Source of the DNA: Octopus vulgaris
Lineage: Eukaryota
NCBI GenBank assembly: GCA_951406725.2
Contig: OX597819.1
Span: 79,174,001 to 79,238,000 of the forward strand
Length of the DNA stretch: 64,000 bases
Direction of reading: 5' to 3'
Positions 42,010-55,529 of this stretch are shown piece after piece. The notes under the pieces were generated by a model. The model was not told the DNA's origin. It made no database searches and worked only from the letters and a program-made list of their open reading frames with translations. Position numbers and translations under genes: made by a program. The first letter of the stretch is position 1. Every line of letters begins with the position of its first letter.

Positions 42010-42049
<40 letters not shown>

Positions 42050-42352
42050 CATACATACACACACACACATATATATATAAACATATATATGTAAATATAT
42101 ATATATATGTATGTATGTATATATGCATGAGTATATATGTATATATATATATACATGTTCAGACACACATAGGCTTGGAGATAGAATTACCCGCATATAT
42201 GCATTCTTATTCAGGCAAGCGAACAAATGTATACACACACATGTATAGAAATCCATTTATGTACTTACACACATGCATACATACATGCACATATACATAC
42301 ATGCATACGTCCGCATATACATACATGCATACGTCCGCATACGTATATATAT

Positions 42353-42424
<72 letters not shown>

Positions 42425-42497
42425 GTATATATATATATATACGTATATATATATATACGTATATGTGTATATATATATATACGTATATATATGTGTG

Positions 42498-42543
<46 letters not shown>

Positions 42544-43569
42544 ATACACACACACTCTCTCATACCCACACGCGCACTCTATCTTTCTCTTTCTCTATCT
42601 CTTTCTTACATACACACATACACACATATTCAGAAGGAAAAGAAAAGAAGGAGAGGAACAGAGAAAAGGTGAGAGGGGAAAGAGAAATAAAGATTGACAA
42701 AGAGAAGAGATAACCAGAGAAAGCTGGGATCTGTTAAGTTATGGTGTTATATGTGTAGAGAAACACTATGTTATATTTTATGCATTCCACCTCTATCTAC
42801 ATATGAACGTAGTACATTCATATATATTAAATCTATTAAGTTATGGCAGTGTGTATTTATGTTATGGGCTGTTATATATCAATATGTATATATATATGTA
42901 TATATATATATATATGTATATATATGTCTGTATGTATATATATCCAAGTGCGTATACGTGTATGTATGTGTGTGAGTGAGTACGTGGGCGCTTATATGTA
43001 AGCATGTCTTTGCTTATGGTATAAAGTATAAATTTGATGTAATATGATAAGATACGTATAATGTTATAGGAGCATACATCGAAAATTCATGGATGGACAC
43101 ACACACGCACACACACACAAACATACAAAAGCATCCATGCATACCTATGGATACACGCATGATGCAGGAGCACGCATGCGTGCATACGCGCACTTTTTAA
43201 CGTATTAAAGCAAAAACGCTCTGTGCAGAGCTCATCTGTTTCACGGAACCGTGAAACGGGTGAGCCCTCTGTAGTGCTTTTTGCTCCTAATGAACACATA
43301 CACTTCTATGAAACATATTCAACACGTGTATTGAGTTCTCATTTGTACAACTATTCTCTTCCCAGTTCCACTCTGACAAGAGGATGAGTGTTCGTTTGGA
43401 TTTCGTTATTTTGGAGCACTGCTTTGACTTTAGTTTCATAAATGACTGAGTTTATCAAGCATGCCTGACCAAGTAAGCAAGCTTCAGGGACTCAATAGCT
43501 ACAACTAGGAGTGGGCTCTTGACTTAGCTTGTGAATGATAATGTCCTTCACATTGGTGCAGCAGTGGAA

Positions 43570-44155
43570 CGAAATTGCTACTGAAGTCTATAAAAAATTT
43601 CTTGTATTTATGGTTTACTGGGAAATGCTTGTCTAATAATGCCTATATTAGTCTAGACATTGAAAGAGAAAGGAGAAAAGGTGAACCATACTTATTTTCC
43701 TTGGTCTATTTTTAGGTTTCATATTTTTAGTCGAAGGGTTGTAGGGTATCTTTGAAATCGCTCTTAGCTAGGGCATCATTATAGTAGAGGGCTGCTTTAT
43801 CAAATATTTCCTTAGGAGTGAAGAGATTTAGATATTCAAGTAATGATATTGGCTGTCAGGTCTTTAAACATTAAAGCGGTAATAGGACTGTTTAAGTATA
43901 TACGTCACTTTGTAATTCGGTTTAAGATAGGGCTTATAAGAACACGAGTTTTAAAATCCAAGGAAACATCTAAGAAGTCAACTTTAGATAGGTTAGTGGT
44001 TACAGTAATTTTGAGGCTTTATTGACTAAAGGTATATATGAGATTTTTCCTAAATTCATTGAGTGTATGTCCGTCACAGTCGTGAGATATACCCAAACCA
44101 TCGTCACGGTATAGATCGATATCATAGAGTGGGATCTCAATGTTTCTAATATATG
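43570..44155 (-). pseudogene. Penelope-like RT fragment (Neptune-like)
   Basis: LYRDDGLGI, LKITVTTNLSKVDFLDVSLD, PYLKPN, IFDKAALYYNDALAKSDF and LLDKHFP are PLE RT/thumb motifs. Frameshifted. Confidence 0.85.
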
Positions 44156-45599
44156 GATGCAGTGAAATTGTCGGATGGGGAGTCAAATATCCAACGTTTC
44201 CAAGATAGTTCTTCAAGGTGAAGTTGACAGGAAGAAAATAAAAGACACCAAGCAGTGCTTTAAAAACCTCTATGTTTGAGAAACTGGCTGCAACATTTAT
44301 TCTTTCTATATAGCTTCTTCACTTACAAAGAGGTATAATGTTGGTAAAGCCTTATTATCTATGACAATACGAGGTTCGATTGAGCATATTGTGCGCTTAA
44401 TTCTACGATAGATATAGAAAAAAAAAGGGGATCTGCAGAAGAAGCAGTTAAGATGTCGGAGTCTAGCTTAGATCAATAAAGAGGTTTAAGCTGGAGACAG
44501 TCTATTTGAGTTTACATTCAGGGTATCATGGGCAGAAAGAAACTAGCGAGATTTTCTAATTTTCGGAAAAAGGAATAAAAATTGCTTTCAAGTTACATAG
44601 GCAATCAATGCTGATAATTAAAAAAAAAATGGTAACAGCAAAGATACTGCAAAATCATTGAATCATCAAACTTCCTCCGGGAATTGGAAAATTCTAGAAT
44701 GCACTTCCTTTTATGTACATCACTTGTTGTGTTTTCTACACCAGAGCTATCTGAAGTTATCAGTTTAAGATAGTTTTTAACAGATAGAATAAGATTGGAG
44801 CTATGATACGCAATACCTTCTCTCTGTGTGCGATTGATCTTCATCTTTTTTTATACTTGGCATCGTAATAGATTATCGAGAGTTTTGTGTGATGTACAAA
44901 AGAAACAAGCGTTCAAATCAAATTTTCTAAAGAAAAGGATTTTCTAGTTTTTAAAATACGCAAAGTTAAGTCAGGTAAATTATTTCTGGGAACCTCTGAT
45001 AGAAAACTTTGAGAAAAAGTCTAGGAAAAATCCTTCAATTTCCAAACTACGTTGCTGATCTCTTAGTACAGTTTCTCCTTTAAGTAAGGGTGCCAGGGGA
45101 GAAAGATTTGGAGTAAGCACATTAATGAAAGCATTAACCTTAATGAAATCAGGAGTATAAAATCTTTGTGAATTAATCGGGTAACCAAATACTTCATAAT
45201 CAACAAAGCCTGCATTTCTCTTTATAAAGCCAAAGCATGGACTGTGGACGAGCTTCATGATCACCTTGAGGGTACATACGCTAGGTTTGTCAGGAGTGTT
45301 CAAAATATCTCATAACTTGTGCACAAGACCAAATAAAAAAGCTATGGATACATTTCCCCGACATCTACCTTTATTGCTCAACACAAGTTATGCTTCGGTT
45401 ACCGTTGCTATCGTGCTGAGCCATACGCCATATAGAATGATATATTTTGGAAATCGCTGCACCATAACAGAGGATGAAAACCACTCAACTACAGAGCGTT
45501 CGGGATAAATTTGGCACTTTTCTATGTCTCCTTTTTTATCAGAACCAGTTTGATGTATTGCTGAACAATCTTTTGTTTGAGAACACCAAGGTTAAAGTT

Positions 45600-45960
45600 G
45601 TAGCTGAGAAAAAAGTTAACTGACATAGAGGACTAGAAGCCATCAGAATATTGAGAAAGAGTTACCTGTGTCACGATGGTTCGCGTCGGATATCAGAATG
45701 CCAGCAGCATGACTGCTGCTCATTGCTCCGTGAACAATGTAAAGGCTGTAAGATGTGATATGGATCACTGCAACGGAGGGTACAAAGCTGTGGCCAGCAT
45801 GAAGGGACATTATAGGTATTCTGAATGCGTCCCTACGCCGGAATTCATCCAACATTTTGGCCAGAGACTTAGGCTCAATTCAGACGGCTACATGAAGCTG
45901 TCGGAAATCGTGCTGGCAAGATCAAGGAGGTACTCGAAGATTTTTCCAAGGACTCAGTGA
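45600..45960 (+). pseudogene. Possible degenerate Tc1/mariner (maT-like) transposase fragment
   Basis: HFGQRLRLNSDGYMKLSEIV resembles 'FPxGLRLNxxxYxxLLETVV'. Confidence 0.35.
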
Positions 45961-46377
45961 GGAACGCATATTAATGCAAGTGGCAGAGACATACAGCAAG
46001 GAATGACTGAGAAAGCTTTTCTAGGGTGGGATTCCCGGCGCAGAATTATGGAATGTATCTTAGTTTTAATCGCTTGAGGACGATATAATCTACACTCAAT
46101 GCTTATATATTATTATTACAAATGAAACAGAATGCAAAAGCACTCGTGTTGGTTTGCGTCGGTAAAACTTGTATTATTTGAAGAAAGAAAAAACGGCAGA
46201 AATTGCTGTGGGAAGTGGAATATTCAGTGTTTCGAACAAACTTCTTCAGGGTGAAGTTGACCGGAAGGCAATAAAAGGAAGACAGCTGGGTTTTTAATTT
46301 TCGAAGTTTAAGAATCAGGCTACAAAAGATGTCCGAAACATTGGACGTTCCATAATTTAAAAGTCACAGAAATTGTA

Positions 46378-46559
46378 CAGTGAAATTGCCGTGGCGAATG
46401 AAATATCCAACATTTCGGATATCAGTTGCAGCCAGTTTCTCAAACATAGATTTTAAAAAAACACTGCTTGTTGTCTTTTATTTTCTTCCTGTCAACTTTA
46501 CCTTGAAGGACTGTCTTGGAAACGTTGGATATTTGACTCCCCATCCGGCAATTTCACTG
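46378..46559. mobile_element. ~182-bp MITE (partial copies at 44160-44295 and ~46197-46360)
   Basis: TIRs cagtgaaattgccg / cggcaatttcactg, plus subterminal aaatatccaac / gttggatattt inverted repeats. Confidence 0.7.
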
Positions 46560-47307
46560 CATTCTTTCTGTTAACATTTTCAAAGAATTATACTGACGTC
46601 TTATCTAGAATGCTAATGTAGCTTGCACGTAAATAAACTAGAATCTAGCTACGAGATTCTAGTTTATTTAAGTTATTGTACAGTATGGCTCCTAACTACA
46701 TTTCTTTGACTCAATACAGCAACTGTATTTATCTCATTTGTCTGCATGTAATACACACACACAAACACAGACACAGACAGACACACACACGCATACGTAT
46801 ATATCGCAAGCATTTAAATAGTTGGCGGCATCAACCAAAGGAAACAGATTTCGGTCCTATCATTTAATGACTAAATAGTTGACACCACCACACGTACACA
46901 ATTTTCACCAAAAGCCATCGAGGAATAATGATATTTGACAACGTATTGCAAAACAATGACTATGGAAAGCTCTATATAATATCAACGCCCAGACTTCGAC
47001 AGCAAAGTCTAATGTGTTTTGCAAGATTTCCTACCCACATCACTTTTGCCGACATCATAATATTGCTTTTCTTTTACTCTGGTGAGACATATGAATGATC
47101 TTATGAATATATTGAAATATTAAACATGATTGATACATTCATTTATTATTTAGATATCTATCTATCTTAATATCACTTTTAACGTGAATCTTATTGATTT
47201 GCTTCTACAATATGTATGTGAATATATGTATATATGCATATGTGAACATATACACACATGCATACATATATACATAAAACATAAACACACACACACATAT
47301 ATACATA

Positions 47308-47351
<44 letters not shown>

Positions 47352-47611
47352 GATATGATGTGTACATACTCTCATGTTATATATATGCATTATCATGCAT
47401 AGAAACAGATACACATGCAGACACATATACGCACTCACATTAACACGCAAACCATGTATATATATATACATGTATGTGTATATGTACATATACGTGTGTG
47501 TATTTATATGTATGTATATGTGTATATACATATACATACACACACATGTATGTATGTGTGTAAATGTATAAATACGTGTACATATGTACGCATATATATA
47601 TACATTGATGC

Positions 47612-47669
<58 letters not shown>

Positions 47670-47840
47670 AATAATAGTTATCGCCATACTAATATGGCAT
47701 TCTTATAAAAATAAGAAAAAAGCTGTCCGCTTATTAGCTCCATGAGGCCATCGCCTTAAGTTAGCTATTTGATACACAAACTGTATCCATATAACCTTCG
47801 AACAAGGGAGGTCAGTCGCTCCACACTACTTGACCGGCAG

Positions 47841-47880
47841 CTACAGACGCGTTTCAGGGTATTGCCCCTTTTCAATGCAG
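47841..47880 (-). ncRNA. Type I hammerhead, U3-A8 core variant
   Basis: Minus strand: ctgca-TTGAAAA-gggg(caata)ccct-GAAA-cgcg-TC-tgtag. Confidence 0.72.
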
Positions 47881-48445
47881 CGTAGCCAGCCAGTAGGTGT
47901 CGCTTCCGACAATCTCTGTTCGATGGTTTTATTTACCTAGTTTCGGTGGAATACATCCACTTGTTTTCAATAATAGAAATATTAAAATAACTAAGTCTCT
48001 CTAAAAGAGAACAGCGGCAGCGTTCCCGGAAAATAATAGTTATCGCCATACTAATATGGCATTCTTATAAAAATAAGAAAAAAGCTGTCCGCTTATTAGC
48101 TCCATGAGGCCATCGCCTTAAGTTAGCTATTTGATACACAAACTGTATCCATATAACCTTCGAACAAGGTTATATGGATACAGTTTGTGTATCAAATAGC
48201 TAACTTAAGGCGATGGCCTCATGGAGCTAATAAGCGGACAGCTTTTTTCTTATTTTTATAAGAATGCCATATTAGTATGGCGATAACTATTATTTTCCGG
48301 GAACGCTGCCGCTGTTCTCTTTTAGAGAGACTTAGTTATTTTAATATTTCTATTATTGAAAACAAGTGGATGTATTCCACCGAAACTAGGTAAATAAAAC
48401 CATCGAACAGAGATTGTCGGAAGCGACACCTACTGGCTGGCTACG

Positions 48446-48484
48446 CTGCATTGAAAAGGGCAATACCCTGAAACGCGTCTGTAG
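48446..48484 (+). ncRNA. Type I hammerhead, U3-A8 core variant (mirror copy, one G shorter in stem II)
   Basis: ctgca-TTGAAAA-ggg(caata)ccct-GAAA-cgcg-TC-tgtag. Confidence 0.68.
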
Positions 48485-48711
48485 CTGCCGGTCAAGTAGT
48501 GTGGAGCGACTGACCTCCCTTGTTCGAAGGTTATATGGATACAGTTTGTGTATCAAATAGCTAACTTAAGGCGATGGCCTCATGGAGCTAATAAGCGGAC
48601 AGCTTTTTTCTTATTTTTATAAGAATGCCATATTAGTATGGCGATAACTATTATTTTCCGGGAACGCTGCCGCTGTTCTCTTTTAGAGAGACTTAGTTAT
48701 TTTAATATTTC

Positions 48712-48764
<53 letters not shown>

Positions 48765-48948
48765 TATAAATATATTACGAAATAAGTTCACCATTTGTGC
48801 AGGTAATCAAGCCTACTATTAGTAGGACATTACTGTTGCTAGACATGTAAAAATGTTGGTGTTGTCGGGGGCACTGGTCAGGAAGCGACTAAAGACTGAT
48901 TTTTCATTTTAGTACTATGACTGACACACACACACACACACACATAGA

Positions 48949-49048
<100 letters not shown>

Positions 49049-49251
49049 TATATATATATGTATGTATATGTGTGTGTGTGTACGTGTGTGTTCGTAAATG
49101 CATGTTGCGTTTAGTACATGTTAGCCATGTATGTGATCGTTTATGCATGCGTAATCCCCATAACGATAATAATTGGAAAACGTATATCAAGAATTCATAC
49201 AGAAATAGAAATAGAGGTGCCGAGTGGTGCGCTTTTCCGGTCGAGAACGTA

Positions 49252-49325
<74 letters not shown>

Positions 49326-49330
49326 CAGTC

Positions 49331-49364
<34 letters not shown>

Positions 49365-49414
49365 ACATATGTACTTATACAAACTCACACCCATATATAT
49401 ATATGTACACATAA

Positions 49415-50878
49415 AACTTAGAACTTAGAAACTTAGATATGTTTCGACCAAAGATTGGTCCAGGCCATGTCTAACTTAATAGCACCACCTGATAGGATTA
49501 TTCGAATCCTGTTTAAGTCAAGTTTTGTTTATGGTCCATTCAAGTAGTGAGTTCTTGTTGGGTGAGTTGTATCCAATTATGGGTGGCTTATCTGGTATTC
49601 TTTGAAGGAATCTATCCAGACTCCGTTTAAAGTTGATGGGATCCTTTTCCTCTTTGATCTCCCTCGGGACAATGTTAAATAGGGCAGGGCCTGTTGAGGA
49701 AAAGAAATTATGTTGCAGTGTACATGTATGCTGTGATCTTGAATTGGGCAGGGGACGTATGGCCCGTGGTCCCAGTCTTGGATGAACCTTGAAGCTAATG
49801 TTAAGGTCGTTTGGGCAAAGTTGGCGGTATATTCTCCACATCGTACAAATGATGTATCGCTCACGGCGACGCTGGAGAGAGTAAAGTTTCAAGGCTTTAA
49901 GGCGATCCCAATAATCGAGAGCAGCCATGCCTTCAATTCGTTTAGTGAGTGCCCTCTGGGGTGACTCAATCCTGGAGATATTTTGTCTTGTATGGGGAGA
50001 CCACAGTGGGCAGCAATATTCGAGGTGTGGTCGTACAAAGGAGGAGAAAAGTGGTATGATGACACCTTGTTCTCTGGACCGGAAAGTTCTTAAGATCCAG
50101 GAACTCATCCTACGAGCTATATCGACCTTCTTGTTGATGTGTGCACTCCAACTGAGATCGTCATTAACAATTACACCCAGGTCTCTGATATTGTTAGAGG
50201 CTGTGAGCGGTTCCCCTGAAGGAAGAGAGTATGGCTGTTTTAGTGAGGAATTTCTTCCAAAATGCATCAGCTCAAATTTTCCCTCATTCAGTTGCATTTT
50301 GTTTCTGTCTGCCCATTGACTCACAGCATATAGATCAGACTGGAGTTGAGTTCGGTGTGCTTCTTCATTGACGATTTGCTGGAGCTTAGTGTCATCAGCA
50401 AATATTTTCACTTTGTAGTAATGTACGACACTGGAAAGGTCGTTTATGTAAATTATGAAGAGTAGCGGACCCAAAACAGTCCCCTGGGGGACACCGCTGG
50501 TGACTTTTGCTGGGTTTGTGTGGACTCCATCAACTACAACATATTGTGTTCTATTCGCGAGGAAATACTTAATCCAGTGTAGAACTTTTCCACGGATTCC
50601 AACATTTGCCAATTTTGAGAGTAGGATATTATGGTCTACCCTGTCGAACGCTTTACTGAAGTCAAGATATATGACGTCAGAGTTCGAACCTGTTCCCAAG
50701 GCTTTGAGTACATCTTCAATGTGGTGTAAGAGTTGTGTTAGACAGTCCCTGCCACAGCGAAAGCCATGCTGATTTGCATTTAGGAGTTTGTGGGTCTCCA
50801 GGAAGTCAGCTATCCTTGATCTTAACACTCTTTCAAACACTTTAATGATGTAGGAGGTGAGTGAGATTGGGCGATATA
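49415..50878 (-). mobile_element. 5'-truncated CR1-like (Jockey group) LINE
   Basis: RT ORF, short 3' UTR and a (TTCTAAG)-like repeat tail at 49415-49437. Confidence 0.9.
49518..50878 (-). CDS. Non-LTR retrotransposon reverse transcriptase (uninterrupted C-terminal ~450 aa, no native start)
   Basis: Motifs YRPISLTS, NQHGFR, YLDFSKAFDRVDH, SGVPQGTVLGPLLF, FADD, RDLGV and PHLEYC..WSP. Confidence 0.92.
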
Positions 50879-50910
50879 TATAAGAATGTTTTAGCATATT
50901 ATTATTATTA

Positions 50911-51001
<91 letters not shown>

Positions 51002-51005
<4 letters not shown>

Positions 51006-51365
51006 TAGTTTTATTTTTATAATGTGCTTTTACTTCACTACTGATCGCAGCTCTGTGTGCCTTGGGTATGTGCTGTGGTTCGCTGTGATGCTCTGATGGT
51101 TACTGTATTGAATGTGTTTTGCGTAGGATGTGTGCAGTGCCTAGTAGTGCAACTTTCTGTATGTTATATTTATTTGTAAGTCTTGGTGTTTTTGTTATGT
51201 GTTTCTCTGAATATTTTTTTAATCATACTTAATGCGCCCAGTATGATAGGAATTGTTTCTGTTTTTAGATTCCACATTCGAGTTATCTCTATTTCCAGGT
51301 CTTTGTATTTTGAAAGTTTCTCCATTTCTGATAGAGAAACGCTATCATCTGCTGGTATTGCTACA
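51002..51365 (-). mobile_element. Dong/R4-like LINE 3' fragment next to (ATT)n
   Basis: Minus strand EMEKLSKYKDLEIEITRMWNLKTETIPIILGAL. Confidence 0.75.
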
Positions 51366-51568
51366 TCAAAGAATAAGTCCTGGGGTCGATTTGCTCGACT
51401 AAAGGCGGTGTTCCAGCATGGCCGCAGTCAACTGACTGAAACAAGTAAAAGAGTAAAAAAGTATATGAGTTTATCGTGATATCTATTTTGAATATTTGGG
51501 GCAGAGGATAGTCATCATCATCATCGTTGTCGTCTTCGTCGTCATCATCATCGTCATTATTATTGTTG

Positions 51569-51599
<31 letters not shown>

Positions 51600-51648
51600 C
51601 ATGATTATTATCATTATTATTATTATAATAATAATAATAATAATAATA

Positions 51649-53093
<1,445 letters not shown>

Positions 53094-53101
53094 CATTATT
53101 A

Positions 53102-53189
<88 letters not shown>

Positions 53190-53209
53190 CATCATCATCA
53201 TCATCATCA

Positions 53210-53274
<65 letters not shown>

Positions 53275-53935
53275 GATTTTTGACGTGGCGTTCGTAAACC
53301 ATCCACATCTCGCAAGCGTACAATAGTGTAGGCATTACAATTGCTTTGTATGCGTTGAACGTGATGGCCATCCTAATACCTCATCTCTCCAACACTGATT
53401 CCCGTTGCCGTCCGAATGCTTGGCTTCTCTTGACAATGCTTGTGTCGACATCATCAACAATGTCCACAGATCTGGAGAGTGTGCGGTGGAAGTCCGTGAA
53501 TTGATCCACAACCTTCGGAATTTCCCCTTTGACAATGAGTGTTGGTTCTACAGACGGTTTCTTCGGGGCAAGTTGGTGCATGACTTCTCTCTTCTGAGTA
53601 CTGAGTGTAAGACCAAAGTTGTTGTGAACAGTAGACAATCAGTTCATGCTCTTCTGCATTCGAGTCGCTGTGGTGGCGTTGAGTGCGCAGTTGTCTACGA
53701 AAAGGAAGTGGTGCACTGAGCCTTCTTCGACCTCTGTCTTGGCCTGTAACCTTCGCAAGTTGAAGAGTCTGCTATCAGTCCTGAATCTGAACTTGACGCT
53801 GGTTTCGTCGACATTGTAGAAGGCATCATACTGAACAGCGTAGTACACAGCCCTGCTGGACACCGTCAGTGACTGGGAATGAGTCGGAAGAATCTCCACT
53901 GTTCCGTACTCGATTGAACATGCCATCGTGGGACT
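53275..53935 (-). mobile_element. Degenerate RTE-clade (BovB-like) LINE fragment
   Basis: FRFRTDSRLFNLRRLQAKT..FLFVDNCAL and NFGLTLSTQKREVMHQ. Confidence 0.8.
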
Positions 53936-54357
53936 CTGTGTGCATGTATGTGTGTGTGTGTGTGTGTATGTGTGTATGTGTGTGTGCGCGTGTATACACT
54001 CACATAAATGCATGCATATATATATATATATACACACATATATACATATATATATATACATCTATACATATTTATATATGTATGTGTATATATACATATA
54101 TACATATTTATACATGCGTGTATATATTCTGATATTTCGCTTAGACAACGATACTAATAACATGGTTTCAGAATTCAGTATACTTATGCTCCAGAACAAA
54201 GTGTGAGTCGAGTACAGAGCAGCAATAAGAAATTAGAATGACAAAGGAATAAACACCTATGTTATGAACTTCATTAGCTTACAGCTGTTTCTCTTATAAG
54301 ATGCAATGCACTCATAGCATACGTGAGTGGATGATATTCCAGCATTCAACTGTCTGC

Positions 54358-54430
<73 letters not shown>

Positions 54431-54534
54431 CCGGAGTAAACACAAAAATGTGAAACAAGGTGGAAAAAAGTGTACTCAAATACCAGGGGTAGAGTAATAT
54501 GCTTTATTTAAAAGCAGCAGAAATTCAACAAAAC

Positions 54535-54572
54535 CTGTTACTCGGAGTTTCACGTTCCCGTTCGTCGGACAG
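54535..54572 (-). ncRNA. Minimal type I hammerhead, U4C variant, in a ~150-bp (TA)n-flanked insert (54431-54578)
   Basis: Minus strand: ctgt-CCGACGA-acg(ggaa)cgt-GAAA-ctc(c)gag-TA-acag. Confidence 0.7.
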
Positions 54573-54577
54573 TTCTG

Positions 54578-54638
<61 letters not shown>

Positions 54639-54918
54639 CAACAATTGAGGGTAAAATTAATTAATTAATCAATTTCACCAAGTATTCAGTATACAAAGGG
54701 GCCATTTAAGGCGAATTCAAATTATTACATTATATAAAAGGGCTTAGTAAAATAAATTACTTTGCCGCATACTGAACTCATTAGAAATAGCAGCTAAAAA
54801 AATTTTTTTAAAACTATCTCCAATACTTAAAGAAAATCTCTCTCATATAGTGTTTGCTCAATTCAACTCACGAAAGTATGAGGGTAGAGACATTAAAAAA
54901 TCAAATGCAAAGGTTATT

Positions 54919-54971
54919 TGAGAACGTACGTTTCAAGATTAGTCAAAATCGACACTTCTATCATCAGCTCA
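54919..54971 (-). ncRNA. Type I hammerhead (unit 1)
   Basis: Minus strand: tgag-CTGATGA-taga...tctt-GAAA-cgtacg-TT-ctca. Confidence 0.75.
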
Positions 54972-55476
54972 GAACTCCCTGGTTTGGATTTGAAAACACT
55001 GAAAGTGGGAGCATACCCTTTCGGCCTGTTATCGCTTCTGAAGATCTGCTCAAAACTAACAGTGCTAGCAAATTCAAATATGCAAACGAAGAATTTCTGC
55101 TCTCCCCTTTCCACCAGCGTGGGTTAAAATCAGCAAACACTATGCTTTTTTCGGTAAAATCCGAGGCATTATATAGAGAGAGATGAATTATAATTTCAAC
55201 AATTGAGGGTAAAATTAGTTAATTAATCAATTTCACCAAGTATTCAGTATACAAAGGGACCATTTAAGGCGAATTCAAATTATTACATTATATAAAAGGG
55301 CTTAGTAAAATAAATTACTTTGCCGCATACTGAACTCATTAGAAATAGCAGCTAAAAAAATTTTTTTAAAACTATCTCCAATACTTAAAGAAAATCTCTC
55401 TCATATAGTGTTTGCTCAATTCAACTCACGAAAGTATGAGGGTAGAGACATTAAAAAATCAAATGCAAAGGTTATT

Positions 55477-55529
55477 TGAGAACGTACGTTTCAAGATTAG
55501 TCAAAATCGACACTTCTATCATCAGCTCA
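55477..55529 (-). ncRNA. Type I hammerhead (unit 2)
   Basis: Same sequence as 54919-54971, 558 bp downstream. Confidence 0.75.

Larger units (their letters stand above)
47669..48715. mobile_element. Retrozyme/PLE-like insert: 362-bp tandem units folded back into a ~1-kb palindrome within (TA)n
   Basis: ataatagttatcgcc occurs at 47671 and 48033. The inversion apex cctt-cgaac-aagg is at 48157-48169. Arms are 47669-48160 and 48166-48715. Confidence 0.85.

Noticed and set aside
46225-46256. CTGAAGA...GAAA on the minus strand inside the MITE family
   Set aside because: The stems do not pair and the motif is not kept in the other two copies.
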